From Candidatus Shapirobacteria bacterium (GTDB lineage Bacteria; Patescibacteriota; Microgenomatia; UBA12405), in contig JBAZYN010000001.1 of assembly GCA_041659325.1 (NCBI GenBank), positions 238,819 through 302,818 on the forward strand: a stretch of DNA of 64,000 bases, in the 5' to 3' direction. Every line of letters begins with the position of its first letter. Position 1 is the stretch's first letter. This document shows positions 1-8,686 of this stretch, piece by piece. The notes below the pieces were generated by a model that was not told where the DNA came from, made no database searches, and was given only the letters and a program-made list of their open reading frames with translations. The translations under genes were made by a program, and so were the position numbers.

Positions 1-1
1 A

Positions 2-595
2 AACCAACTAGAAGCTCTAACATATATTACTACAGGTTGGCACAACCTTTCTAATCTCTTTGAAAGTACAAATTTACCCGAAGACCAAACCAGCAGTGCC
101 ATAAATGGTCTGAAAATTGTCCTAGAGCCATATTTTCCCAAACTAAGAAACCTAAATCGGATCGAATGTTTCGATATCTCCCAAATGGGTACAAATCATT
201 TTGTTGGTGCCATGGCTGTTTTTGAAGACGGAAAGCAAAGATTTGACCAGTATCGTAAATTTAAAATCTATTCCAAAGTTACTCCCGACGACCAGTTTAT
301 GATGAAAGAAATTGTTTTTCGTCGTCTAAAACACCCCGAATGGGGAACCCCCGACCTAATTGTTGTCGACGGAGGCAAACCGCAAGTCTCTTCCTGTCTC
401 ACCCTCACCGATACCCCATTATTTGGAATCGCCAAAAAACTTGAGACGATTACTATCAAGACACCCCAAAGCTGGATTGAAATCAATTTACCAAAAAACT
501 CCAACTCCCTTAAGCTCCTTCAAAACCTACGAAACGAAGCCCATCGATTTGCTAATAGATATCGAAAAGAATTAATGCAAAAATCAATTATATGA
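2..595 (+). CDS. uvrC: Excinuclease ABC subunit C, 3' part (RNase H-like nuclease domain), 5'-truncated by the window edge
   Basis: Frame is open from position 2: RIECFDISQMG, QYRKFKI, DD..MMKE...RRL, PDLIVVDGGKPQ, GIAK, LRNEAHRFA. Ends without an HhH2 domain. Confidence 0.93.
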   Translation, partial: NQLEALTYITTGWHNLSNLFESTNLPEDQTSSAINGLKIVLEPYFPKLRNLNRIECFDISQMGTNHFVGAMAVFEDGKQRFDQYRKFKIYSKVTPDDQFMMKEIVFRRLKHPEWGTPDLIVVDGGKPQVSSCLTLTDTPLFGIAKKLETITIKTPQSWIEINLPKNSNSLKLLQNLRNEAHRFANRYRKELMQKSII

Positions 596-1269
596 AAATC
601 TCAGTAATTGTTCCTTGCTACAACGACGGTAAATACATTAATCACGTAATAGACCAATTAAGAAAATCAAAATTTGTCGGTGAAATAATTGTTGTCGACG
701 ATGATTCCGGTCAGGAAACAAAAAATCTTCTGCAAAAAATTAAAGGTATTAATCTGATTACTAATACCCGAAACATCGGTAAATCAAAAACTCTAAAAAA
801 AGGAGTTTTGGCCTCTAAATTCGATTATGTTGCTTTTATTGATAGTGACCTAACTGGTTTTACCTCACGTCACTTTGAAAGCCTCGTTAAACCGGTTCTA
901 GAAAATGTCTGCGACATTACTACCAGTGTCCGCGGAAAAGAAGCCTGGTATGGTATCCTTTCCGGATTTTCCATTGCCTACACCGGTGAAAGAGCAATGA
1001 AAAGAGAATTAATGACGAAAAACATCGATCTCTTTAACAATCATGGTTATATTATCGAGGCAGAATTTAATCGCCGATTTTTGGGTAAGACCCGAATGAA
1101 GGGGATCCTTTGGTCCGAAGTTGGACAACACGGTCAACCTGAAAAAAACGGTCTTCGTGGGTGGTTAGTCAACGGGCGCCAAGTAACTTCTTACCTCAAA
1201 TATCTTGGCCCCTTTGAGATGCTTCGACAACTTGTTCTTGTTAAGCTCCCGTCATACGTTCTAAACTAG
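592..1269 (+). CDS. GT2 glycosyltransferase
   Basis: SVIVPCYND, IIVVDDDS, NIGKS and FIDSD (DxD) motifs; ATGA-type overlap with uvrC. Confidence 0.88.
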   Translation: MKISVIVPCYNDGKYINHVIDQLRKSKFVGEIIVVDDDSGQETKNLLQKIKGINLITNTRNIGKSKTLKKGVLASKFDYVAFIDSDLTGFTSRHFESLVKPVLENVCDITTSVRGKEAWYGILSGFSIAYTGERAMKRELMTKNIDLFNNHGYIIEAEFNRRFLGKTRMKGILWSEVGQHGQPEKNGLRGWLVNGRQVTSYLKYLGPFEMLRQLVLVKLPSYVLN

Positions 1270-2393
1270 GCCAGTAACTCTTTCATTTTATCCAATCCTG
1301 CTTTAGCGCGGTCTCCTTCAAAATGTTTCCTTGCTGGTTCCAATTTATCAATCAACCAGTCGCTTAAGGCATTTTTTAAATCTAGCGGAAATAGCTTTTC
1401 TCTCTCATAATCAGCAATCAATTCTCCAACGCTAGTATAGATAACATCTCCGCCAAATCTCTCCGGCCGATTTACCCTAAATTCACCGTTCTCCTGTCCC
1501 CAAAAGACCAACGACTCCACCCAATTGATTATCGGATTAAATCTAATTTCTTTTGGCGGGCCATAAGCTTTTTTCACCTTACCCCTAATTTCGTCAGGTG
1601 TATCGTGAATAAATACTGCAGAATTTGGCTTTGACTTACTCATCTTAAGGTCGATAGCCACCTCTTCGGCTTCTTGTTTTAAATCAACTGATTCCGGCCC
1701 GACTAATCCGGCAATTAGATTTTGGTGTAAAGCAATCGGAGCAATTACTTTACCCAACTTATTTTTTAGGGGGTTTATGGTCAATTTTTCTGCAACTTGT
1801 CTGGCTACCACGTGGGCTTTCCTCTGATCCATCCCGGCATGTGCCAAATTTACCCCCATCGTAAATATATCCGCTACCTGTAACGGTGGATAGAAAAGAG
1901 TTGCCATATCGACATCATTTCCCTGTTTTTTACCCATAATCGAAATAGACCTCAAGTTACGTGAAAGCGTTACATGCTTCCCCACCTCCATAAAGGTTTC
2001 CCAATGTTTTAAATTATTCTCGTATAGTTCTTTGCCGCTGATAAACTCAACCTGCCCCTCGTCAACTCCATGGCATTTCAAGGAAGCAATCAACGCCTGT
2101 TTAAAATAATTCTCCGAGGCCCACCGAATATCATCCCATTTCCCACCGAGCTTATTATTTAAAAATGTGTGGAAATCAGCCAAAAATACTTTGCACTTGA
2201 CACCGGCTTTCAAAAAGTCAGCAATTTTCCCCATCGACAAAAAACCGGTTCCCAAGTGGACCATGCCGGATATTTCAAATCCTATGTAATGCGTCAGAGG
2301 AGTATCTGTATCCATTAAACCTTTCAATTCATCAATCACCAGTACTTCCTGGCAGTTTCTTGTTATCAGTTCAATTTTTTCTTGTATATCCAT
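1266..2393 (-). CDS. tyrS: Tyrosine--tRNA ligase, archaeal/eukaryotic type
   Basis: YIGFEISGMVHLGTG (HIGH), FLADFH, YPPLQVADIF, AGMDQRKAH, KMSKS, F.PLDLKNA. 375 aa with no S4 domain. Confidence 0.92.
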   Translation of the reverse strand: MDIQEKIELITRNCQEVLVIDELKGLMDTDTPLTHYIGFEISGMVHLGTGFLSMGKIADFLKAGVKCKVFLADFHTFLNNKLGGKWDDIRWASENYFKQALIASLKCHGVDEGQVEFISGKELYENNLKHWETFMEVGKHVTLSRNLRSISIMGKKQGNDVDMATLFYPPLQVADIFTMGVNLAHAGMDQRKAHVVARQVAEKLTINPLKNKLGKVIAPIALHQNLIAGLVGPESVDLKQEAEEVAIDLKMSKSKPNSAVFIHDTPDEIRGKVKKAYGPPKEIRFNPIINWVESLVFWGQENGEFRVNRPERFGGDVIYTSVGELIADYEREKLFPLDLKNALSDWLIDKLEPARKHFEGDRAKAGLDKMKELLA

Positions 2394-2398
2394 GGCTT

Positions 2399-2427
2399 AT
2401 TATAGTTTGAACTAAACTATTTGTCAT
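2399..2427 (-). promoter_or_regulatory. sigma70-type promoter of tyrS (ATGACA-17-TATAAT), 5 nt before the ATG
   Basis: Minus-strand ATGACA at 2427-2422 and TATAAT at 2404-2399. Confidence 0.6.
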
Positions 2428-2474
2428 TTTTTGATAAGTTCCCGCGCCCAAACTTTTCCAACTCAGCCCAAATA

Positions 2475-3200
2475 TTAATTGACCCTCTGGGCAAACACCA
2501 ACAGTCGCTTCCAGTCCGTCCCTATTGGCCAACAAGTCTGGAGAATCACTACTTCTTTTTCAGGGTCATTATATTTCAAATACTCAACTTCACCGGCAGA
2601 TACTACTTTTTTATCATATACCATATAGATATAAGAATTACCCGAATATCTAATCAAAAATTGATCCTCGTTTGTTAATTCACCCAATAGGTAGAACACG
2701 GCATTTTTCCTAACCATATCAAAGCCTTGCTGCGTTGAGTGAGCGAATATATAAGTCATATTGCCTGCTCCCGAACCCGGTGGGCTAGTATCTTTTGCCT
2801 GAGCCACCACATTGTTTTCCAAAACCCTTAGATACTCTGTTTTATCAAAAGGAGAAACACTCGCAATTACCTGTGATTCAGCCATAATCTTTGGTATTGA
2901 AATCAGATATTCCGAATCAATATACGCCGTAACCCCCACCCCCGGAGTCGGTGAGACGCTATAGGGTGGTGTTTGGTCTACCACCTGCTGAAACCCACGT
3001 GAAGCAAGATAATATCTTCCGGAAGCATATAGTATAGGCCAGTATAAATACACCAAAATTCCTGACGCTATAAAAAACAAAAAGTTACCAAAATAAAAAA
3101 CCATTTTCTTAGGTAATGGAGGATTGCTATAAATTACCCCCTTATTGGACCTAATCAGTACCCTTCGTTTTTTAGGAGTTACCTTAAAAAAATCAATCAT
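2475..3200 (-). CDS. Sortase
   Basis: N-terminal TM anchor; ISIPKI, YIFAHS (His), ILQTCWP (TLxTC-like Cys) and KRLLVFA (Arg). Confidence 0.88.
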   Translation of the reverse strand: MIDFFKVTPKKRRVLIRSNKGVIYSNPPLPKKMVFYFGNFLFFIASGILVYLYWPILYASGRYYLASRGFQQVVDQTPPYSVSPTPGVGVTAYIDSEYLISIPKIMAESQVIASVSPFDKTEYLRVLENNVVAQAKDTSPPGSGAGNMTYIFAHSTQQGFDMVRKNAVFYLLGELTNEDQFLIRYSGNSYIYMVYDKKVVSAGEVEYLKYNDPEKEVVILQTCWPIGTDWKRLLVFAQRVN

Positions 3201-3228
3201 TAGTCTATTCTATCGATAGTTACTCGAT

Positions 3229-3257
3229 TTGACAAAAGCAGAATGCTCCTTTAATAT
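3229..3257 (+). promoter_or_regulatory. sigma70-type promoter TTGACA-17-TAATAT for the leader peptide/Gre-factor transcript
   Basis: TTGACA at 3229-3234, TAATAT at 3252-3257, 17-nt spacer. Confidence 0.7.
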
Positions 3258-3265
3258 ATCATCCT

Positions 3266-3364
3266 ATGCAGCTGAAAACCGCGCTAAGCATAAATAAAAC
3301 CCGACTTTCTAGCCGGAGCATTGCTCTGTTATCATCTGCAAATTTTATTTGCCTCTCCTTTTAA
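3266..3364 (+). CDS. Putative 32-aa leader peptide MQLKTALSINKTRLSSRSIALLSSANFICLSF
   Basis: ATG lies 8 nt after the -10 box; the ORF fills the leader and ends inside the 5' arm of the terminator stem. Not in the ORF track. Confidence 0.45.
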   Translation: MQLKTALSINKTRLSSRSIALLSSANFICLSF

Positions 3365-3420
3365 CTTAGGGTTTCGAAAATCCGCGAACCCCTAACGACA
3401 TACACAGAGAGGTTTTTTTT
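3351..3420 (+). terminator. Attenuator/terminator-like structure upstream of the Gre-factor gene
   Basis: Outer stem CCTCTC 3352-3357 / GAGAGG 3407-3412; inner stem TTAGGGTTTCG 3366-3376 / CGAACCCCTAA 3385-3395; then T8 at 3413-3420. Confidence 0.6.
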
Positions 3421-3438
3421 GGCGTTTAATTAAAAAAT

Positions 3439-3903
3439 ATGACAAACAAAACACTACTAACCCAATCGGGTTTCAACCAGTTGAGTCAGGAGTTATTAAA
3501 TCTAAAACAAAAAGAGGAACATCTTGTAACCCAAATCGAAGAGGTGGCCCAGCCTGATGAATCAGGTGAAGATGGTTTGGCCACTCAACTTAAAGAAGAG
3601 CTCGAACTTGTATCCGGAAAAATAGAAAATCTCGAAGAAGCTTTGGAAATGTCTCAAATCATAAACGGAAAAACTCCAAAAAATGGCGTCGTTCAAATTG
3701 GCTCAAAGGTAAAAATTAAAATTTCCGGTAAAAAAGAATTAGAATTTAATATTGTCAGCCATCTTGAAGCAGACCCAAATCAAAACAAAATATCCGACCA
3801 ATCACCGCTTGGCCAAGCGTTAATTGGTTGCAAAATTCACGACGAGGTAGAAATTGAAGCCCCGATCGGCAAGCTAACATACAAAATCATCTCCATTAGT
3901 TAA
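3439..3903 (+). CDS. greA: GreA/GreB-family elongation factor with atypical (Gfh1-like) tip
   Basis: LTQSG..L..EL..L coiled coil; VQIGSKV, EADP..NKIS..SPLGQALIG, EAPIG. The GDLSENAEY motif is replaced by PDESGEDGLA. Confidence 0.85.
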   Translation: MTNKTLLTQSGFNQLSQELLNLKQKEEHLVTQIEEVAQPDESGEDGLATQLKEELELVSGKIENLEEALEMSQIINGKTPKNGVVQIGSKVKIKISGKKELEFNIVSHLEADPNQNKISDQSPLGQALIGCKIHDEVEIEAPIGKLTYKIISIS

Positions 3904-3921
3904 TCTCGTGTAAAATTAATT

Positions 3922-6102
3922 ATGTCGGATGAAAAGCTAAACGATCTCCAGAAACAGCGCCTGGACAAATTCAAAAAATTACAGGACTCCGGAATCAATC
4001 CCTATCCGCAACCGAACCTCAAAACTAAACAAAGCTGTTCTGAGGTCTTAACAATGTTAGGCTCAAAAGTTACCGTTGCCGGTCGTCTCATGTCGCTTCG
4101 TGGCCACGGCCGTATCCTTTTCGCCGATTTACATGATCGCACCGGAAAAATTCAGCTTTTCTTTCAGGAAAAAATACTCGGCACCGAAAAGATTAAACAA
4201 ACCGAGCTCCTTGACTTAGGTGACATTATTTGTGCCTCAGGGGAGGTTATAAAAACTCAGGCAGGAGAGCTTACCATAAACGTTGACTCATTTGAACTGT
4301 TGGCAAAAAATCTTCGCCCTCTTCCTGAAAAATGGCACGGCCTCAAAGACATCGAAGATCGTTACCGCCAACGGTACGTTGATCTGATTATGAATCCTGA
4401 TATCCAAAAAGTTTTTGAAATCAGAACAAAAATACTCACTGAAATCAGGCACTTTTTAGACAACCGTGGATTTCAGGAAGTAGAAACCCCCGTCCTGCAG
4501 CCGGTTTATGGCGGCGCCTCCGCAAAACCATTTATCACCCACCACAATACTCTGGATATGGATATGTATCTTAGAATTTCTGACGAACTTTATCTAAAAA
4601 GACTGATCGTTGGTGGATTGGAAAAAGTCTATGAAGTCAGCCGCGATTTTAGAAACGAGGGAGTTTCCCGCTTTCACAATCCTGAATTTACCCAAATTGA
4701 GTTTTACTGGGCATATGTTGATTATGAGGTCTTAATGACATTCACAGAAGAATTAATCACCCATGTTATTAAATTAATCAAAGGCAACCTATCTTTTTCT
4801 TTCCAAGGACAAGACTTAGACTTTTCCCCTCCTTTCAAACGGCTTACTTTCAGAGACGCAATTTTTGATAAAACTCAGATAGACATTGACACTATTGACT
4901 CAATTGACCTGTTCAAAAAAATAATCAAAGACAAGAAATTAAAAGTCGATTTAAAAAATGTAATCGGAATTGGCGAGTGTTTTGACGTTTTGTACAAAGA
5001 ACATGTCCGTCCGTATATCATTCAACCAACATACATTACCGACTATCCCGCCGCCATGATTGCCCTTGCCAAAAGAAAAGAAAACGATCCTGAAAAGATC
5101 GCTTCCTTTCAGCTTCTCGCCGCCGGTACCGAGCTTCTAAAGGCCTACAATGAGCTAAATGACCCCAAGGACCAATATAATCGTTGGCTAGAAGAAGAAG
5201 CCCTTACAGAAAAAGGCAGTGAAATTGCCATGCAGATGGACAAAGATTATATTCGCGCCCTGGAATACGGCATGCCCCCCACGGCTGGATGGGGAATGGG
5301 TATAGACCGCTTCTCTCAATTTTTAACCGATCAGCCTACCATCAAAGACGTCATCTTCTTCCCGTCTATGAAAAACGAAGATGGCTCTCTCTCTAAGATT
5401 AATAACAAAGTATCTCCTGAATCTCATCCTCAATATCTTATCGACAAAAAACTACTCGAAGCCTATCCCTCCATTAAAACCGGCATCGCCATTATTGAAG
5501 GAGTTAGTGTTCAAAAAAGCAACGTCGAGTTGGATAAATTAAAGGAGATCACAGCTAAGAAATACAAAAACTATTCTTTAGATGACATTGATAAAATTTC
5601 ATCCATTCAAGCCTACAGAAAATTCTTCAGATCATTTGGAGTTGATCCGGCTTCTCGCCATCCATCGCCCGACGCTCTCCTTCGTCGCCTAATTTCAAAA
5701 AAAGGATTATATAATATCAACACCCTGGTTGATGCTTATAACGTCGCTAGTCTTGAAACTAACTTAGGCATGAGTGCTATGGACATGGCCCACCTTAATT
5801 TCCCCGTCACCCTTCGTTTCTCCCAGTCTGGTGAAAAGATTGTTCTCCTTGGAGGCGAAGAAACCAAAACCACTAAAACCGGAGAAGTTGTTTATGCCGA
5901 TAATCAGGGTTTAATCACTCTGGACCTAAATTATCGTGACTGCGACAAAACTAAAATAACTTCACAAACCAAAAATGTTCTACTTTACGTTGACGGTTGC
6001 CCGGGGATTTCTAGCCAAGAAATTGCTAACGCTCTGGAACGGGAAATTGAACTAATTCAAAAATTTTGCGGAGGGATAGTTACATTTAAAGAAATTATCT
6101 AG
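3922..6102 (+). CDS. lysS: Lysine--tRNA ligase (class II) fused to a C-terminal B3/B4 (PheT editing-like) domain
   Basis: RYRQRYVDL, YGGASAKPF, YLRISDELYLKRL, FRNEG, HNPEFT, ALEYGMPPTAGWGMGIDR. The extra ~240 aa carry AYRKFF..FGVDP...PS.DALLRR and INTLVDAYN.AS. Confidence 0.95.
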   Translation: MSDEKLNDLQKQRLDKFKKLQDSGINPYPQPNLKTKQSCSEVLTMLGSKVTVAGRLMSLRGHGRILFADLHDRTGKIQLFFQEKILGTEKIKQTELLDLGDIICASGEVIKTQAGELTINVDSFELLAKNLRPLPEKWHGLKDIEDRYRQRYVDLIMNPDIQKVFEIRTKILTEIRHFLDNRGFQEVETPVLQPVYGGASAKPFITHHNTLDMDMYLRISDELYLKRLIVGGLEKVYEVSRDFRNEGVSRFHNPEFTQIEFYWAYVDYEVLMTFTEELITHVIKLIKGNLSFSFQGQDLDFSPPFKRLTFRDAIFDKTQIDIDTIDSIDLFKKIIKDKKLKVDLKNVIGIGECFDVLYKEHVRPYIIQPTYITDYPAAMIALAKRKENDPEKIASFQLLAAGTELLKAYNELNDPKDQYNRWLEEEALTEKGSEIAMQMDKDYIRALEYGMPPTAGWGMGIDRFSQFLTDQPTIKDVIFFPSMKNEDGSLSKINNKVSPESHPQYLIDKKLLEAYPSIKTGIAIIEGVSVQKSNVELDKLKEITAKKYKNYSLDDIDKISSIQAYRKFFRSFGVDPASRHPSPDALLRRLISKKGLYNINTLVDAYNVASLETNLGMSAMDMAHLNFPVTLRFSQSGEKIVLLGGEETKTTKTGEVVYADNQGLITLDLNYRDCDKTKITSQTKNVLLYVDGCPGISSQEIANALEREIELIQKFCGGIVTFKEII

Positions 6103-6114
6103 TTTCTGTAATTC

Positions 6115-6459
6115 ATGTCTATCCAAAAAATTGATCACACTTTTTCAGAGTCAGATTTATCAGAACTAACCACCTTTTTCCCTGATTATGTCAAATTAGT
6201 CGCAGATATTGATAAAAACATCCTCTATGGTGGATCCGAGTTTCACGCTGATATAGAAAAAATTTTGCTAGATCAAGGATCTATCCAGGCTTCTCTTTGG
6301 GGAGGGGGAGTCCACACTAAAACTAAAAAAATCGACTGTTTAGCAATTATCAATATTCGACCGGGAATTAATCCTGATCCTAATATCTTAGATTCAAAAA
6401 TACGGGATAAGTTTCTCAAAATTGTTAAGCTTTATTTTCCTGACTATAATTATGGATAG
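6115..6459 (+). CDS. DUF5674-like protein
   Basis: Pattern YVKLVADI...GG.EFHAD.E..LL..GS.Q..LWGG...INIRP recognised from memory. Confidence 0.7.
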   Translation: MSIQKIDHTFSESDLSELTTFFPDYVKLVADIDKNILYGGSEFHADIEKILLDQGSIQASLWGGGVHTKTKKIDCLAIINIRPGINPDPNILDSKIRDKFLKIVKLYFPDYNYG

Positions 6460-6721
6460 AGACAAAATTGAGTTATTTAATGTTTGTTCTGACCTCCGTC
6501 GGGCAATTATTGATTTAACCAGTAACCCAACCCAATCACCGGAGAACAACCATTTCATCCAAAACATCACCAATAACTTCCCTCGCTTGATAAAAATTGA
6601 CCCAAATATTAGCCATTATATAAAGCCATCCCAATTAAAAAACGACCATCTTCCCAATCGTCTTTTTGCAGAAAATTTATTAATGGCTAGCCTTCGCTTA
6701 CAACGTTATCTAGGTTATTAA
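6452..6721 (+). CDS. Small hypothetical helical protein
   Basis: ATG at 6452 overlaps the upstream stop; tightly packed in the operon. Confidence 0.65.
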   Translation: MDRDKIELFNVCSDLRRAIIDLTSNPTQSPENNHFIQNITNNFPRLIKIDPNISHYIKPSQLKNDHLPNRLFAENLLMASLRLQRYLGY

Positions 6722-6722
6722 T

Positions 6723-7322
6723 ATGCCTAATAGTCGCAAACCCTATTACGAAGCCGTCAAATCAATTCTTGAAACAAACATCTTCTACCATTCTTTAGCT
6801 CTTGAAGCCTGCATGGGTGGAATCTACGACTATCTCTCTTCTCAAAACCGGCTCAATCCGTTCGAACCGCCTAAAGACGATTGGCTTTTGGCCGGATTAA
6901 TTCACGATATTGACTATACACCTGAAATGAAAGACACCCATCCATCAAAAACCAATGAGGCTCTCTCAAAAAACGGTCTTTCGGTCTCTGACAACATCCT
7001 CCAGATAGTAAAAGCTCATGGGTGGCACTACCCCGGCGGAGTAGAACCCGAATCTTTTGCTCAATGGGCAATCTATTGTGCCGACAGTTTAACCGGTCTT
7101 ATTATTGCCGTTGCTCTGGTTTACCCCTCAAGAAAACTTTCAGACGTCAAAACGTCTTCCGTCCTAAAACGTTTTCTGAAAGAACCTAAGTTCGCAGCCG
7201 GCACCAGAAGAGAAGAAGTCAAATTATGTGAATTAGAAACTGGCTTAAACATTCCCCTGGAAAAATTTATCGAGATCTGTTTAACCTCAATGCAAAAGAT
7301 TGCCTCAGATATCGGTCTTTAG
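6723..7322 (+). CDS. HD-superfamily phosphohydrolase (COG2316-like)
   Basis: HSLALEA, GLIHDIDY, AH, ADSLTGLI.A.AL..PS, FAAG..RE. Confidence 0.85.
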   Translation: MPNSRKPYYEAVKSILETNIFYHSLALEACMGGIYDYLSSQNRLNPFEPPKDDWLLAGLIHDIDYTPEMKDTHPSKTNEALSKNGLSVSDNILQIVKAHGWHYPGGVEPESFAQWAIYCADSLTGLIIAVALVYPSRKLSDVKTSSVLKRFLKEPKFAAGTRREEVKLCELETGLNIPLEKFIEICLTSMQKIASDIGL

Positions 7323-7409
7323 ATTAAATGATATACTCTGATATATTTATTAACTGCGATGATTCTACGGGTATTTATACAAAATTTTCTGTTAAAATAA
7401 TCCTATCAA

Positions 7410-8672
7410 ATGATCGATATTAATTTAGTCCGCCTAAGCCCTGAAATTGTAAGAAAAAACCTCATCCGGCGGCAAAAAGACCCAAAACTTCTTGATGATG
7501 TCGTTGCCATTGATGTCCAATACCGAAAAGTACTTCAGGAAGTTGAAGAATTAAGGGCAAAACAAAATTCCATCAACCGTGAAATCAAGGGGAAACCAAC
7601 CGATGAGCAACTAAAATCAGCAACTACCATTAAAGACCAATTAAAAGGTCTTGAAACCGCCCTCACAGGCTTCGAAAACCAGCTAAATAATGTTTTAGAA
7701 CTTTTACCAAACATGATAGCTAGCGATGTCCCCGACGGCAAAGACGACCAGGACAATGTGGTATTCAAAGAAATCGGAACTATCCCAAAATTTGATTTTA
7801 AACCCCTTGATCACGTAGATTTGGGAGAAAAACTAGACATTATCGATATTCCCCGCGCCTCAAAGATATCCGGCTCGCGATTTGGATATTTCAAAGGAAA
7901 GGGTGCGGTTTTAGAAATGGCAGTTATGTTTTACGCTTTCAGAAAATTAATCGATAAGGGTTTTACCGGCATGATCCCCCCGACCATGGTAAAAAGTTCT
8001 ACCGAATGGAAATGCGGCTATACCAGCAATCAAAATTTATTCAACGCTAGTTATTCCATTCCCGAAGACGACTTAATCTTTATCTCAAGCTCTGAGCACT
8101 CAGTTGTCCCATACCACATGGACGAAATCCTGGATGCAAATAAACTGCCGATTAAATACGTTAATTTCTCTCCCTGTTTCCGCCGTGAATCAGGTACCTA
8201 TGGCAAAGATACCCGGGGGCTTTTCCGGGTTCATTTTTTCAACAAAGTTGAAATGAATATCTTCACTTTACCCGACTACAAAATTTCAGATGCCATGTGC
8301 GAAGAAATGCTTGCCATCGAAGAAGAAATTATGCAGGAGCTAGGAATTGCCTATCGCGTCATGAAGTGTTGCGCCGGTGATTTACCTCAACCCAACCGAA
8401 GGATGTACGACATCAATTCGTGGTTTCCCGGCCAAAACGCTTTCAGAGAAACCCAATCATGCAGTAACTGCGGGGATTATCAGGCCCGTCGCCTAAACAC
8501 CAAAACAAAAATCAACAATAAAAATGAGTTGGTGCATATCCTCAACGCAACCGTGATCACAGACCGAGCCGTATTGGCCATTATCGAAAATTTTCAGCAG
8601 AAAGACAACAGTATCCTTATCCCAAAAGTCCTACAACCATTTACAAATTTTAACATTATTAAACCCAATTAA
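7410..8672 (+). CDS. serS: Serine--tRNA ligase
   Basis: N-terminal coiled coil, LPN...DVP.G, SSEH, CFRRESGTYGKDTRGLFRVH.F.KVE, SCSNC.DYQARRL. Confidence 0.97.
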   Translation: MIDINLVRLSPEIVRKNLIRRQKDPKLLDDVVAIDVQYRKVLQEVEELRAKQNSINREIKGKPTDEQLKSATTIKDQLKGLETALTGFENQLNNVLELLPNMIASDVPDGKDDQDNVVFKEIGTIPKFDFKPLDHVDLGEKLDIIDIPRASKISGSRFGYFKGKGAVLEMAVMFYAFRKLIDKGFTGMIPPTMVKSSTEWKCGYTSNQNLFNASYSIPEDDLIFISSSEHSVVPYHMDEILDANKLPIKYVNFSPCFRRESGTYGKDTRGLFRVHFFNKVEMNIFTLPDYKISDAMCEEMLAIEEEIMQELGIAYRVMKCCAGDLPQPNRRMYDINSWFPGQNAFRETQSCSNCGDYQARRLNTKTKINNKNELVHILNATVITDRAVLAIIENFQQKDNSILIPKVLQPFTNFNIIKPN

Positions 8673-8686
8673 TTTAGCTTAGAGGA

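Noticed and set aside
2421-2678. 85-aa plus-strand ORF between tyrS and the sortase
   Set aside because: Mostly antisense to the sortase gene, TTG start within the tyrS promoter, no recognisable features.
3266-3420. T-box or lysine riboswitch upstream of gre/lysS
   Set aside because: No AGGGTGGNACCGCG T-box motif or recognisable lysine-riboswitch core; lysS has its own -10 box at 3911-3916.
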